The position numbers and the translations under genes were made by a program. A DNA stretch of 64,000 nucleotides from an uncultured virus (IMG/VR IMGVR_UViG_3300025769_000004) (Duplodnaviria > Heunggongvirae > Uroviricota > Caudoviricetes > Crassvirales): the IMG/VR virus record IMGVR_UViG_3300025769_000004. The stretch is one strand, 5' to 3'. Shown here in pieces: positions 21,901 to 31,181 of this stretch. Numbering within the stretch: position 1 is the first letter of the stretch; every line of letters starts with the position of its first letter. The notes beneath the pieces were generated by a model. It did no database searches and was not told the DNA's origin. It saw nothing but the letters and a program-made list of their open reading frames with translations.

Positions 21901-24900
21901 CTGAAGTAATAAAAAGTCTAAAACAAACTGATTTAGTTCCAGAAGGTAAGAAAACATTAACAGCGGAAGATATAGACGCTTTAGATCCACTAGAAATAGA
22001 AAAGAGCAAAGAGCGTGGGGTTAACGAAATACTAGGAAAGGGAGAAGAAACAGTTCCATCAGTATTAAATCAAAATAGTATTGAAAGACCTATCTTTAAT
22101 GATGCAAGAAATATTAAGAGTGAAAAAACTATGGACTATAGTGGTCCTTTAAATGATGGTTTTAAAACTCAGCATCCTGTTACTGGAAAAACTATCATAG
22201 TAAATGAAGCACAGTTAAAAAAATTAGAAAAACTAAATAAAGCTTATAATAACATAACTGGTTTTAAAACGTATCAGACCATATTAAACATGGAAGATGC
22301 ACTAAATGGTCTAAACACTTATATAAACGACGAGAGCGTTCCTATGCTTATGAGAATGGAGTCTGGTAATTTAACCGCTACAGACATAGATGTTCTTGGA
22401 TCTGCTAATTCTTTGAATGAAGCTTTTTCTGCTAAATTTAAAGAATTAAACCCTAGCCCTAATGTACAGGGTCAAGTAGATAGAGTACTACAAACTCTTA
22501 AAGCACAGCAACCTGTTTTTGAAGCAATAGTACAAAACGCTAGATTATTTCCTAAAGGAGAAAAATTAGGTGAAGGTGGTAAAAGAAACACTTTCATTAA
22601 CCTATCGTATGGCAATGCACAACTTAGAGGTAAAATAGCTAGTATAGAGGCTAAAGTTAAAGCTCAAGACAAGCTTAACGGTGGTGCTTCAGCAGCTGAT
22701 AAACTTGAGATTCAACAACTTAAAGAAACTTTAGTAGAATTAGAAGCTAAGGAAATGAAAATGTTAACCGTTCAAAAAGCTATAAATAATCTAAAAGTAG
22801 AAAGAGCAAAGAAACTAAGTAAAGAATATACTGAAGATATAGGTGGGGAAGAAATGGAAGTAGAAGTTCTTGGACCAAAAGAATTTTCTGAAAGAGGAGA
22901 TGAGTATAAACCTAAGTTTATAACTGACAAAGGAGAAATGATTATTGAAGACGTCGTAGATGTTGATAAGGTCAAAGGTTCTAAAGGTCTAGTCATGAGT
23001 AGTGAAGGTGAAGTTTACATGGACGGTAAGAAAGTTGATGGAAAAGTTTCATGGAAAGAAGGTGTTTCTGTAGATGGCGGAGGTATGATTATAAATGAAA
23101 TGTGGGCTAAGAAAATAAATGCTCCTACAGTATTTACTCATGAAATAACACATAAGATTACTGATAAAGCTTGGAACAATATATCTAAGGAATCTCAAGA
23201 TAAAATTGTAGAGGGATTTGTGGAAAACATAAAAGGTGATATTGATCCTTTAACTTTTATTAAATTAAAAAACACTGTTGAAAAACATAATGGTGGAAAA
23301 ACATTTAATGAAAATCCTAACACTGTTGAATGGATAAACATATTCCATGACATGGTTGGGAAAAATGAAATAACTTTTGAGAAAAATAAAGGTTTGTTTA
23401 AATCTTTAGGTTCAACTATAGAAAGAGTATTAGGTACTGGTAAAAGTGAATTTGAAAACATGGATTGGAGTAATCCTAAGCATGTGTATGATTTTATAAA
23501 AGATTTTAGTATCACTACTGAAAAAGGTAAAAAGAGTGATAACTTTATTCAAGAGTTTAAAAGACTTAAAGCTTTAGAAAATGACCAATATTTATCAGAA
23601 GACGTAGAGCTAGAAACTTCCTCAGGTAATTATTCTGCCACAACAAATCCTCAAAAGCTTGCTTTAAGTTTAATACCTAAAAGTAAAGCTAAAGCTGAAC
23701 CACAAGAAGTTGCTAAAGTTCAAACTATGTTAGTTGAAGGAGTACCATCTATTGGTATTAATAAAGGTTTTAAGGATATGTCTACCAAAGAATTAATGGA
23801 AGCTAGAGATAAATTAAAAAACTTTAACATAAATAACAAGGAAGCTGATATATCTGTTAAAAAAGATAATAGCTTAGGTATTCAAAGTATTAATAAGTTA
23901 TTGTCTGATCCTCAAAATGCAGTCAACGTTTTATCTATTGAAGGTAAACAAAGAGTAGCAGATGGAGATAGTCCATTAACAGTGGCTTTTGAAATGGTTG
24001 GTTCTTATAATCCAAATAACCTTAGCGCGTTAGGGCCAATGGGTAGAAGATACGTAGATTTAATAAAATCTAGAGCAGATGATATAGACAGAAGATATAA
24101 CTTGCCTGGAGCTAAAAAGTTGTTTAACACTGAAGAATACATGCAATACATGTTTGGAGAAAAGCAGGGTTTAACTAGTATTGTTAAAACATATCTTCAA
24201 GGTAATGTTGAAAACACAAATCCTAACGGTTATATAAATGCTCAGTTAAAGAAAAGAAGTTATAAAGCTTTTGAAGATCATTTTGAAGGTGAAATCAGCC
24301 AATTTAAGTCTACTGATGATACTAAAAGTATGGCTAACGAATCTAACATTGTAGAATCAAGTCAACCAGAAATAGTAATAGAAACTCAAAAACCGGGTGA
24401 GCAAGGTAGAACAATTTACACTAAGTCAGGCGTAATAGATACAGAGAAACTTGGTGAAGTTCAAGATGCAGTTGTTAGATTAGGTATGGGTAATACTACT
24501 CTTGATACAAAAATAACTGGTGGATCAATAGGTAAAGGAGAAGGAAAACAAAATGACATAAACAATATAGATAAAACTGTAGTTGATAAATTTACAGCTG
24601 ACATAAAGAAAAAAATGGGTGGCGGTAATAAGTATATTGATTTTATTAAAAATAATCAAGACTTACTAAACAATATAGATTTAGATGTTTTGACTAAGTT
24701 TAATATGTTTCCTTTTTATGAAGCTAAATTAGGCGCTGATGGTAAACAAATTAGAATAGAAACAGTTAAAGGTAAATCGCAACCGTTACAGTTTAAAAAG
24801 AAGATACCTACTATTGAAGAAATACTATCATGGGTAAACGCTGAAGGCAAAGCTCCATCTACTAAAGGTACTAGAAAAGATGCTTTAGCTAGAGCTATAG

Positions 24901-27900
24901 CAATACGCATGGGTAGAGATATAGCTATGGACGCTCAAAGCAGCGCAGCTAATACTGGTGGATTTGTTCCTAAGATTAACTCTAAAGGAGAATACACTTA
25001 CACTAAGTATCCAGTTGAAAAAGAAGTATTATCAGATAGAAAGATTAAATCAGGAGATATACCAAAGAGTGGTGTATATTTTTCAGCAGATGGTAAAAGT
25101 GTTTTTGTTAATGGATTAGAAAGACCTATTGATGGAACTGTTGTAAAAGTTAACACTAATAAGAATGGTGTTCCAGAATCTATAGACATTGCGGAGTCTT
25201 ATGACATATATAGAGACTTAAATCCAGCAGAGAAAGCTGATGCTATGCTAGAAGGTTCTTTGAACTCGATTGGCTTTAGATTAAAAAGAGATCCAAATCT
25301 TAAATTTGCTTCAACAACTAATGATGCTACTGGTTTACTAACAATATCAGAAGCTACGGAACAAGTAGGTAATTTAGCTAGAGATATTTTAAACTTAGAT
25401 CCATCAAAGAAAAATAAAGTAGATATACTAGAGTATGTAGACATAAATTATTCTAAGCTAAATAAAACTCTTAAAGATAACGATATAGAGTTGCTTAATA
25501 TAATAGATGATGCCATAAATAGAAGTATATACTCTGATAATAAAGTAGAAAAACTAGAAGGTGATTTGGTAGAAGGTGGCAATTACCCTAGATTAGCTCA
25601 AGATTTAAATGAAAGATACGAAAAATATGGAAGTGGTCATATAATATTGAATGCTAGAACACAAAGTGGTAAGGGTAGTTGGGCTGATAATCCTATAGAA
25701 AAAGCTCAATTTGGTAACACTCTTTATGGAGCTTTAACAGATGTAAATATGGCTGGTCTTATTGAAACTCAAGCTCTGTATCAGAGTATGGGTTTTGGTA
25801 ATTTTAAAATAATAGGTCCAGACGGTACAAGTAAAAGACTAGGTACTTGGATTCCAGGTGAAAATAAATCAGAAAAAATAGCTAATGCTTGGAATATGCC
25901 TGGAGAAATTGGAGTCACAGGCGAGGGTAAACTACCTAAAGATGTTGACGCGTTTTTTATAGCTAGTCCTGGTAAGATACAAGCTGATCCAGTTTTAGTT
26001 AAAGGAGAAAAAGTAGTTGTAGAAATAGATGGAGTTAAACAATACAAGTATAAGCCAACAAGTATCCAAGGTTTCTTTCAGAAACTAGCTTTAGAAGGAA
26101 AACTAGAAAACGGTAGAATTACAGATCCTGCTGATATAAAGGAATATACTACTATGTTGAAGACTAGGCTAACTAAACAAGGGATTAATCCTTATACGGA
26201 TAAGCCTTACACTTTTGAAGAGACAATAGCTGCAAACAAAGCATTGTCAAATAGAATGTATACATCGTTATATAATCAATTAAGTAATGTAACTTTAACT
26301 CCTGCTGAAAAGAAAGCTGGAGTAACAGTAGAGCAAAAAGAGAGTAGAATAGCTAATGATATTTTCTCTTGGATGCGTATGCAGACTAATATAGGTGAAG
26401 GTATTGCTAAAGGAAGTTTCACGATTACGACTGCTCCTTTAGAGTTAGGTGCTTATGTTCCAACTAAAAACCTAGAGAGCAAAGGCTATGATCCATATGC
26501 TTTCAAAAGAACACACTCTGAGCATCATATACCAATGGGTGTTGTCAACGGCAATGTTATGGATCTAATGGTTAGATATAAAAATAATCCTAAAAAATTC
26601 AAACAAGAGTTAACTAAGTTACTTGACAGAGCAGAACAAGGTATTATAACTGTTGATGCACAAAGATGGGCTGATAACCCGCTTAATAGAGGAGCGATGA
26701 AAATTGGTCCTTATGACACTGATCTCAATCAATTCGCAACAATGCCATGGAGTATCGAAAGATTATCAGGTACTAATTATTTACAACCATTAGACATTCA
26801 AATTGATTTAAGAAATGGATCTCCTTTAAAAAGCACATTGGTTGAAGAAGGAGTAGGTAATATTATAAAACCATATGTTGAAGAAATAAATAAAAATTCC
26901 AATGAAATAAATGAAGGATCTTTGGAAAATCTGAAGCGTATAGAAGATGTAAATACAATCTCTCAGAATATAGTTCAAAACGAATATATCCCTGAAAACA
27001 AGCTAGAAGTTCCTGAAAATCCTACTGAAGTTGCGGAAACAGAATTAACTACAGTAAATAAAATAGCAGGAAATCCAGAGATAAATAAAGTTCACAAAGA
27101 TAGTGAATTAAATTTACAAAAGCTAGCTGAAGAAAATGGTATAAACTATTCAGCTGTTCCACTAGAAATACAACCTTCTTCTGCGGTTTACAATCAAATA
27201 AAAGTTAGAGAAAAAGCTATTGAAATGGCTAATAGAACTAATGCGCCAAAAAAGAAAGTATATTTGTCAGATATAGATGATTCACTTTTATATACTGATA
27301 GTAGGATAGATGTAACAATGCCTGATGGTAAAACATTTAAAATAAACCCTAAAGAATTTAATGAGGATGCTGGTAAGTATTTATTAGAAGCTCAGCAAGA
27401 AAATCCTAGTTACACTGCGGCTGATTTATTTAGCTTTGGAGAGTTTGGTGATTTTAAAAATGCTAAAAAAGCAAAAGCTTATAAAGTAGTAGAAAGAATA
27501 TATGATAAAAATATTAAACAAGGAAAAGATGGATGGGATGGCTTATATTTCTTAACATCTAGAAAGGGAGATATGGCTACAGCTCTAGCTTTTCAATATA
27601 GGTTAGAACAATTAAGTGGTGGAAAATTTAAAGTACCTTTAGACCATTACATTGGAGTAGAAAGTTCTGATCCAGCAGCTAAAGCTAATTACGTAGATGT
27701 GTTTGCTTCTCTTGGTTATAATGACTTTGTATTTTTAGAGGATGCAGCTCCTAACACAGCAGCATTTTCTAAAAGAGTAAAAGAGTTAGGTTTAACAGAT
27801 AGAGCTAGACCTATTAAAGCAAGTTCTACTTCTATAGAGCAGAATCAATTCGATAACATGATACAGCATAGCTCTGGTGTAAAGGCTGATGCAAGGTATT

Positions 27901-30005
27901 CGGATGCTAATGTTAAAAAAATATCTCCATCAGGGAGAAAACTATTACCATACAACACTTACAATTACCAACAGTTAATTCAAACTATGGCTGGTAAAGG
28001 TAAGCAAGGACTGATGGACTATGAGTATGTTAAACAGAAATCTTACGATACTTATAAAAGATCTGTTTCTGATCAAAACACTTTTGAAAGAAACTATAAC
28101 GCTGGTCTTAATACTGTTTTTAAAACATATAAAGATTTTAACAAAACACTGAATAACGAAGCTTTTAACGGCTGGACAGTTCAAGACGCCGTTAGAATAC
28201 AAGCTTGGAAACAACAAGGTATGGAAGATGTACCTGGTTTAAGTAAAAGAGATCTTGATGGAATAAATAAATTTATATCAGTTAATCCTGATGTAAGATC
28301 AATGGCTAATGAACTAGTAAGAGTTGGTGGCGTTGCAGGATATCACATGCCAAACTCAGCTGATTGGGTTATGGGTAACATACAAAGTGATGCTATGATG
28401 ACTGTTAATAAAAGCGCTAGAAAGTATTATCAAGATCTTAACGGATATACTAGCTTTGTTGATTCTTATTATACTCCGGAAAATTTAAACAAGTTAGAAG
28501 TAGCATACGGAACTAAATATAGAGTTGCTTTAGAAGATATGTTAAGGAGAATGAAGTCTGGAAGTAATAGACCTATAGGTGATAACTTTGGACTACAAGG
28601 GTTGAATAATATAGTTAATCAAACGACTACAGCTCAATTAGCTTTAAACGTTGGGAGTGCTGTTAGACAAGGACAGTCTAATTTAAATTACATGTTTGAG
28701 CCTGGAAACACTCCATGGAAAGCTGGTAAAGCTTTTGCTCATCAAGGTAGATACTGGAGAGAGACTATTGACTTATATAATTCTGATTATCTTAAATCGA
28801 GAAGATTAGGTAATAAAATCAATATAAGTGATGCTGAAATAACAGATGCTTTAAATGGATCTACTAATAAAGCTGGAGCGATCTTGAACCTGTTACTACA
28901 AAAAGGTTTAGTATTAAATAAGGGTATGGATTCATGGGCTCAAGCAAATGGGTTTGGAACTACTTATATGATGAACAAGACTAATGAACTTTTAGGATTA
29001 GACTATAGAGTCAATGGTCAATTATACGATATCAAAACTGGAGAAAACATCAAGGACTATAAGAAAGTAGAAGGTTATGAAAAAGCTCACGGCGAAGCAT
29101 ATTTAATGTGGCAAGAGCTAAGTAGTAGAACTCAGCAATCTAGTGATCCTGTAGAAACAGGAAGTATACAAACAAAAGTAGGTGGTAAAGCTTTTCTAAG
29201 TTATGGAACTACTTCTATGCAGAACTTGAGGCAAGCAAATATAGAGTTAAACAAGTATTTAAAAGGTTGGAATATTGAAAGCTTAGAAGACATAGAGAAC
29301 ATAGAAAATCCTCAAACCAGAAAAGAAATACTAGGTAAAGTATTTAATTACGGTATGCTACAGAACAGTGTTTATGGAGCATTAACAAGTGGGTTTACTA
29401 GTTGGTTGATTAGCGACGACACTGAAGAAGGAGAGATTGAGGATATAGCTTGGAGAATGTTTAATGCGGAGGTAGATGGCTTGCTAACAGGTTTTGGTGT
29501 TGGTGGAAAGATATTACTTGGTGGTAAAGAAGCTGGAGTTAAATTCTATAATCAATATGTATCTAATAAAAATGGGATGTTTAAAGATTATGAGGGAGCA
29601 GGTGATGAACTTTTAGGGTCAATGCCTTTCATAGGTCAAAAACTTGATCTATTCGACAACGCAGCATATGACTTGAAGCAGGCAGAGATGAAGAAAAATA
29701 GATTTAAAAGTGCATTAGACGATCCATTAAATGCGCCATCTGTATCAGCTGCTGCTAATATAATTCAAGGAACTACAGGTTTTCCAGCGAAGCGAGCTCT
29801 ATATGATAACTTTAAAATACTAGAATACATGTACGCGAAAGAAGGACCAGTGTTAGAAAAAATAGGAGTTGGTCTAGGCTTGATTCCTCTTTGGGAAACT
29901 GATCAAGCTAAAAATGAAAAAGCAAAGAAAAAATCACCAAATAAAAACGTGTTTAATGCAGGTTTTTCAAACGCAAAAGGTGGTGGAATGAACACCGGCT
30001 GGTAA
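18993..30005 (+). CDS. Giant (3670 aa) multidomain, probably virion-delivered polyvalent protein
   Basis: HEITH zincin motif at 23139-23153; HAD-like motifs DIDDSL (27270), FLTSR and FLED; located at the end of the ejection-protein cluster. Confidence 0.6.
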   Translation: MYKFNDKTYTTEALSNIASVKGYSLDELLAKNPSIVLEENAVDDENTDESGKPTGVQEKSNVPAAPVNTVSDSENTSLDTPTQDKPVPVKELLKLPKNDWKQENWDEWIVMLENEGSKEAKEKIKEYKFAKENYLIYNPQGKKRFELVEDVKPSDPTQRDLDIASGGTSSVITMANALVAGENGEFFEEQNYRLTRTPSFDFGRQRYQELYEKNYNLEEVDPIDDEWMRSYRDKRKAIADEDADLESVYLTNQKELLQQASFESFLRPTLTNTLNGQESDELTTSGSFQDDEETVFNRSNSINTNSLASLNYLSRPDDGSLLTSEGDSFWQEVEMPSGFGELIEGLRSGEIKEVSQVGQEDGFFDDEVNVVMKDGTTKSMPVGDIGEFNDAILKAYNAPQNQWILDGDANLGGQKTRFNVLKSNYDLLNEYTVDIDDKKKLNNLVKAENIILDEEDIIAETYLKGEYKKLHEELKPIQDQIRAIGLKAKSNEDFRNADANRNNIQDWVEQKQKLVESYNQKRSELDFNSSENWDQNRLKSTPKLYDLTTGQFIDKNKASKESIEINNGINFAAQTLSFNSEPADLERARHDAMSEVVYLGGQLLKVIDRYSEDMSMGDQIAGAFVGGYDPESDIDQIVDRKYLFEKLREMYNTGIIPEGLVLAEGKNNLAAQRYNKALQDFMVINKALELNIDERKLKTSHWTDYLAAGTRDVMGTSNISEPNEIIKAAMEGYQRFGIMPDYDDIYTMADIDNPGYGERFLRAAPGIIEMAGKFYLAGGAVSRLSSSAGMTEGLGSFITTGLNQTKMGRSMFGRRWTQMMGMGVQEAATIGGYNMMSSDEQDINYAFVLGSAPINSLYKDFLKYSHGLSLVKPDKISNMLAKGFQRNPLTATGVRQLVAPAVSTVAIAGGGQVESLVLGEGVNLNALSFESLSDTYLQMFFLKNINPQATIGEWKTALMKNLAKKSKTSTEVIKSLKQTDLVPEGKKTLTAEDIDALDPLEIEKSKERGVNEILGKGEETVPSVLNQNSIERPIFNDARNIKSEKTMDYSGPLNDGFKTQHPVTGKTIIVNEAQLKKLEKLNKAYNNITGFKTYQTILNMEDALNGLNTYINDESVPMLMRMESGNLTATDIDVLGSANSLNEAFSAKFKELNPSPNVQGQVDRVLQTLKAQQPVFEAIVQNARLFPKGEKLGEGGKRNTFINLSYGNAQLRGKIASIEAKVKAQDKLNGGASAADKLEIQQLKETLVELEAKEMKMLTVQKAINNLKVERAKKLSKEYTEDIGGEEMEVEVLGPKEFSERGDEYKPKFITDKGEMIIEDVVDVDKVKGSKGLVMSSEGEVYMDGKKVDGKVSWKEGVSVDGGGMIINEMWAKKINAPTVFTHEITHKITDKAWNNISKESQDKIVEGFVENIKGDIDPLTFIKLKNTVEKHNGGKTFNENPNTVEWINIFHDMVGKNEITFEKNKGLFKSLGSTIERVLGTGKSEFENMDWSNPKHVYDFIKDFSITTEKGKKSDNFIQEFKRLKALENDQYLSEDVELETSSGNYSATTNPQKLALSLIPKSKAKAEPQEVAKVQTMLVEGVPSIGINKGFKDMSTKELMEARDKLKNFNINNKEADISVKKDNSLGIQSINKLLSDPQNAVNVLSIEGKQRVADGDSPLTVAFEMVGSYNPNNLSALGPMGRRYVDLIKSRADDIDRRYNLPGAKKLFNTEEYMQYMFGEKQGLTSIVKTYLQGNVENTNPNGYINAQLKKRSYKAFEDHFEGEISQFKSTDDTKSMANESNIVESSQPEIVIETQKPGEQGRTIYTKSGVIDTEKLGEVQDAVVRLGMGNTTLDTKITGGSIGKGEGKQNDINNIDKTVVDKFTADIKKKMGGGNKYIDFIKNNQDLLNNIDLDVLTKFNMFPFYEAKLGADGKQIRIETVKGKSQPLQFKKKIPTIEEILSWVNAEGKAPSTKGTRKDALARAIAIRMGRDIAMDAQSSAANTGGFVPKINSKGEYTYTKYPVEKEVLSDRKIKSGDIPKSGVYFSADGKSVFVNGLERPIDGTVVKVNTNKNGVPESIDIAESYDIYRDLNPAEKADAMLEGSLNSIGFRLKRDPNLKFASTTNDATGLLTISEATEQVGNLARDILNLDPSKKNKVDILEYVDINYSKLNKTLKDNDIELLNIIDDAINRSIYSDNKVEKLEGDLVEGGNYPRLAQDLNERYEKYGSGHIILNARTQSGKGSWADNPIEKAQFGNTLYGALTDVNMAGLIETQALYQSMGFGNFKIIGPDGTSKRLGTWIPGENKSEKIANAWNMPGEIGVTGEGKLPKDVDAFFIASPGKIQADPVLVKGEKVVVEIDGVKQYKYKPTSIQGFFQKLALEGKLENGRITDPADIKEYTTMLKTRLTKQGINPYTDKPYTFEETIAANKALSNRMYTSLYNQLSNVTLTPAEKKAGVTVEQKESRIANDIFSWMRMQTNIGEGIAKGSFTITTAPLELGAYVPTKNLESKGYDPYAFKRTHSEHHIPMGVVNGNVMDLMVRYKNNPKKFKQELTKLLDRAEQGIITVDAQRWADNPLNRGAMKIGPYDTDLNQFATMPWSIERLSGTNYLQPLDIQIDLRNGSPLKSTLVEEGVGNIIKPYVEEINKNSNEINEGSLENLKRIEDVNTISQNIVQNEYIPENKLEVPENPTEVAETELTTVNKIAGNPEINKVHKDSELNLQKLAEENGINYSAVPLEIQPSSAVYNQIKVREKAIEMANRTNAPKKKVYLSDIDDSLLYTDSRIDVTMPDGKTFKINPKEFNEDAGKYLLEAQQENPSYTAADLFSFGEFGDFKNAKKAKAYKVVERIYDKNIKQGKDGWDGLYFLTSRKGDMATALAFQYRLEQLSGGKFKVPLDHYIGVESSDPAAKANYVDVFASLGYNDFVFLEDAAPNTAAFSKRVKELGLTDRARPIKASSTSIEQNQFDNMIQHSSGVKADARYSDANVKKISPSGRKLLPYNTYNYQQLIQTMAGKGKQGLMDYEYVKQKSYDTYKRSVSDQNTFERNYNAGLNTVFKTYKDFNKTLNNEAFNGWTVQDAVRIQAWKQQGMEDVPGLSKRDLDGINKFISVNPDVRSMANELVRVGGVAGYHMPNSADWVMGNIQSDAMMTVNKSARKYYQDLNGYTSFVDSYYTPENLNKLEVAYGTKYRVALEDMLRRMKSGSNRPIGDNFGLQGLNNIVNQTTTAQLALNVGSAVRQGQSNLNYMFEPGNTPWKAGKAFAHQGRYWRETIDLYNSDYLKSRRLGNKINISDAEITDALNGSTNKAGAILNLLLQKGLVLNKGMDSWAQANGFGTTYMMNKTNELLGLDYRVNGQLYDIKTGENIKDYKKVEGYEKAHGEAYLMWQELSSRTQQSSDPVETGSIQTKVGGKAFLSYGTTSMQNLRQANIELNKYLKGWNIESLEDIENIENPQTRKEILGKVFNYGMLQNSVYGALTSGFTSWLISDDTEEGEIEDIAWRMFNAEVDGLLTGFGVGGKILLGGKEAGVKFYNQYVSNKNGMFKDYEGAGDELLGSMPFIGQKLDLFDNAAYDLKQAEMKKNRFKSALDDPLNAPSVSAAANIIQGTTGFPAKRALYDNFKILEYMYAKEGPVLEKIGVGLGLIPLWETDQAKNEKAKKKSPNKNVFNAGFSNAKGGGMNTGW

Positions 30006-30015
30006 AATAAAAAAA

Positions 30016-30303
30016 ATGGGAAGAATAAGAAAATTTAAGAAAGATCCTAACGAAGAGATAGGATCAAAGTACAATGTTAACGCTTGGAAAAAATACGGTA
30101 GAACTAAGAAATTAAAAGGTGGTTTGAGTTTTGATGACGCGCCTGACGTACAAGGAACTTTAATTAAAAAGAAAGACGGTATTATATTTAAACCTAGTAA
30201 AAAAGACGAACATAATGTTCATGCGAGAAAAACTGAAGGCAGTAAATTTTTACAAAAAATAAGACAAAAATTAAAAATAAATTATAACAAACCTGGAACG
30301 TAA
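30016..30303 (+). CDS. Small basic hypothetical protein
   Basis: 95-aa K/R-rich ORF after an A-rich leader. Confidence 0.55.
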   Translation: MGRIRKFKKDPNEEIGSKYNVNAWKKYGRTKKLKGGLSFDDAPDVQGTLIKKKDGIIFKPSKKDEHNVHARKTEGSKFLQKIRQKLKINYNKPGT

Positions 30304-30335
30304 AAATGGGCACCATACCCAAAGTTCCTGTAACC

Positions 30336-30364
30336 AAAAAGGGAGGCCGTAAGACCTCCCTTTT
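30336..30364. terminator. Bidirectional intrinsic terminator between convergent gene blocks
   Basis: AAAAA-GGGAGG-ccgtaaga-CCTCCC-TTTT. Confidence 0.85.
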
Positions 30365-30366
30365 AT

Positions 30367-30606
30367 TTATTTAACTCTTTTGTAGATTTGATAGGGTTGA
30401 TATATTATACCTATCAAACCTCCATATATTGCTACAAAGCAACCTAACACTGGCCAAATAGGTATCCAACCGCCGTAGTATTCTTCTAGCACTGGGCCAG
30501 GCACATAAACTCCAAAACAAACAAACATTATAGTTCCTAAAAACTTTATAACACCTTGCTTATTATTAAAGTAATGATCTGTAAAAAGCCATTTAATAAA
30601 TCCCAT
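30367..30606 (-). CDS. Small membrane protein (2 TM)
   Basis: Two hydrophobic segments in 79 aa. Confidence 0.6.
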   Translation of the reverse strand: MGFIKWLFTDHYFNNKQGVIKFLGTIMFVCFGVYVPGPVLEEYYGGWIPIWPVLGCFVAIYGGLIGIIYQPYQIYKRVK

Positions 30607-31181
30607 TAATTCTTAATTTTAATTGTTATATCGTGAGGAGCTGTTTCATTTCCTCCAAAATAAGGATATAGCATATACTTTCTTTTTTTTTGTACACAAT
30701 TTCTAGGTACGTGAACATAAGTACCATCTACTCCCATTTTGTAATCCCAAGTTGATATAGTTAGCTCATAGTAATGTTCTTTACATATGCTAACTCTTTT
30801 TATAAGGTCAAAACTAAACTCTCCATACTCATGTTTAAACCAGTGTATTTCTAAACTATCGTTTAACCATCTCCAGCCAAATCTTATAGAGTTATCCATA
30901 TGGCTAGTACCACAGTCACTCCAACCTATTAATTTATTTATATCATATTGATTAAGGCTATCCACAGTTTTGTAGATAGCGCTTGAATCAAATTCAATGT
31001 TCCAACCGAACACCGTGTCCTTACTATAGTTCAAGGCATTTGTCGACCTATGTTTACCCTCTCGTATAGTAAATGTTTTATAATTATCTGTTATTTTCTT
31101 ACAGCTATGTAATCTCGCAAGAACCACCAGCGCAGGCAAGCTCACCACTAAGATCAGTGTTGTCTTCAGTCTCGATAACAT
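30606..31181 (-). CDS. Putative lipoprotein, beta-rich
   Basis: Basic then hydrophobic N-terminus ending in LHSC; overlaps the 3' end of the RNR gene. Confidence 0.5.
   Translation of the reverse strand: MLSRLKTTLILVVSLPALVVLARLHSCKKITDNYKTFTIREGKHRSTNALNYSKDTVFGWNIEFDSSAIYKTVDSLNQYDINKLIGWSDCGTSHMDNSIRFGWRWLNDSLEIHWFKHEYGEFSFDLIKRVSICKEHYYELTISTWDYKMGVDGTYVHVPRNCVQKKRKYMLYPYFGGNETAPHDITIKIKN

Noticed and set aside
18993..30005. Giant protein as a crAss-like virion RNA polymerase
   Set aside because: No DFDxD/DxDGD catalytic motif found by reading; DIDD fits a HAD motif I context instead.
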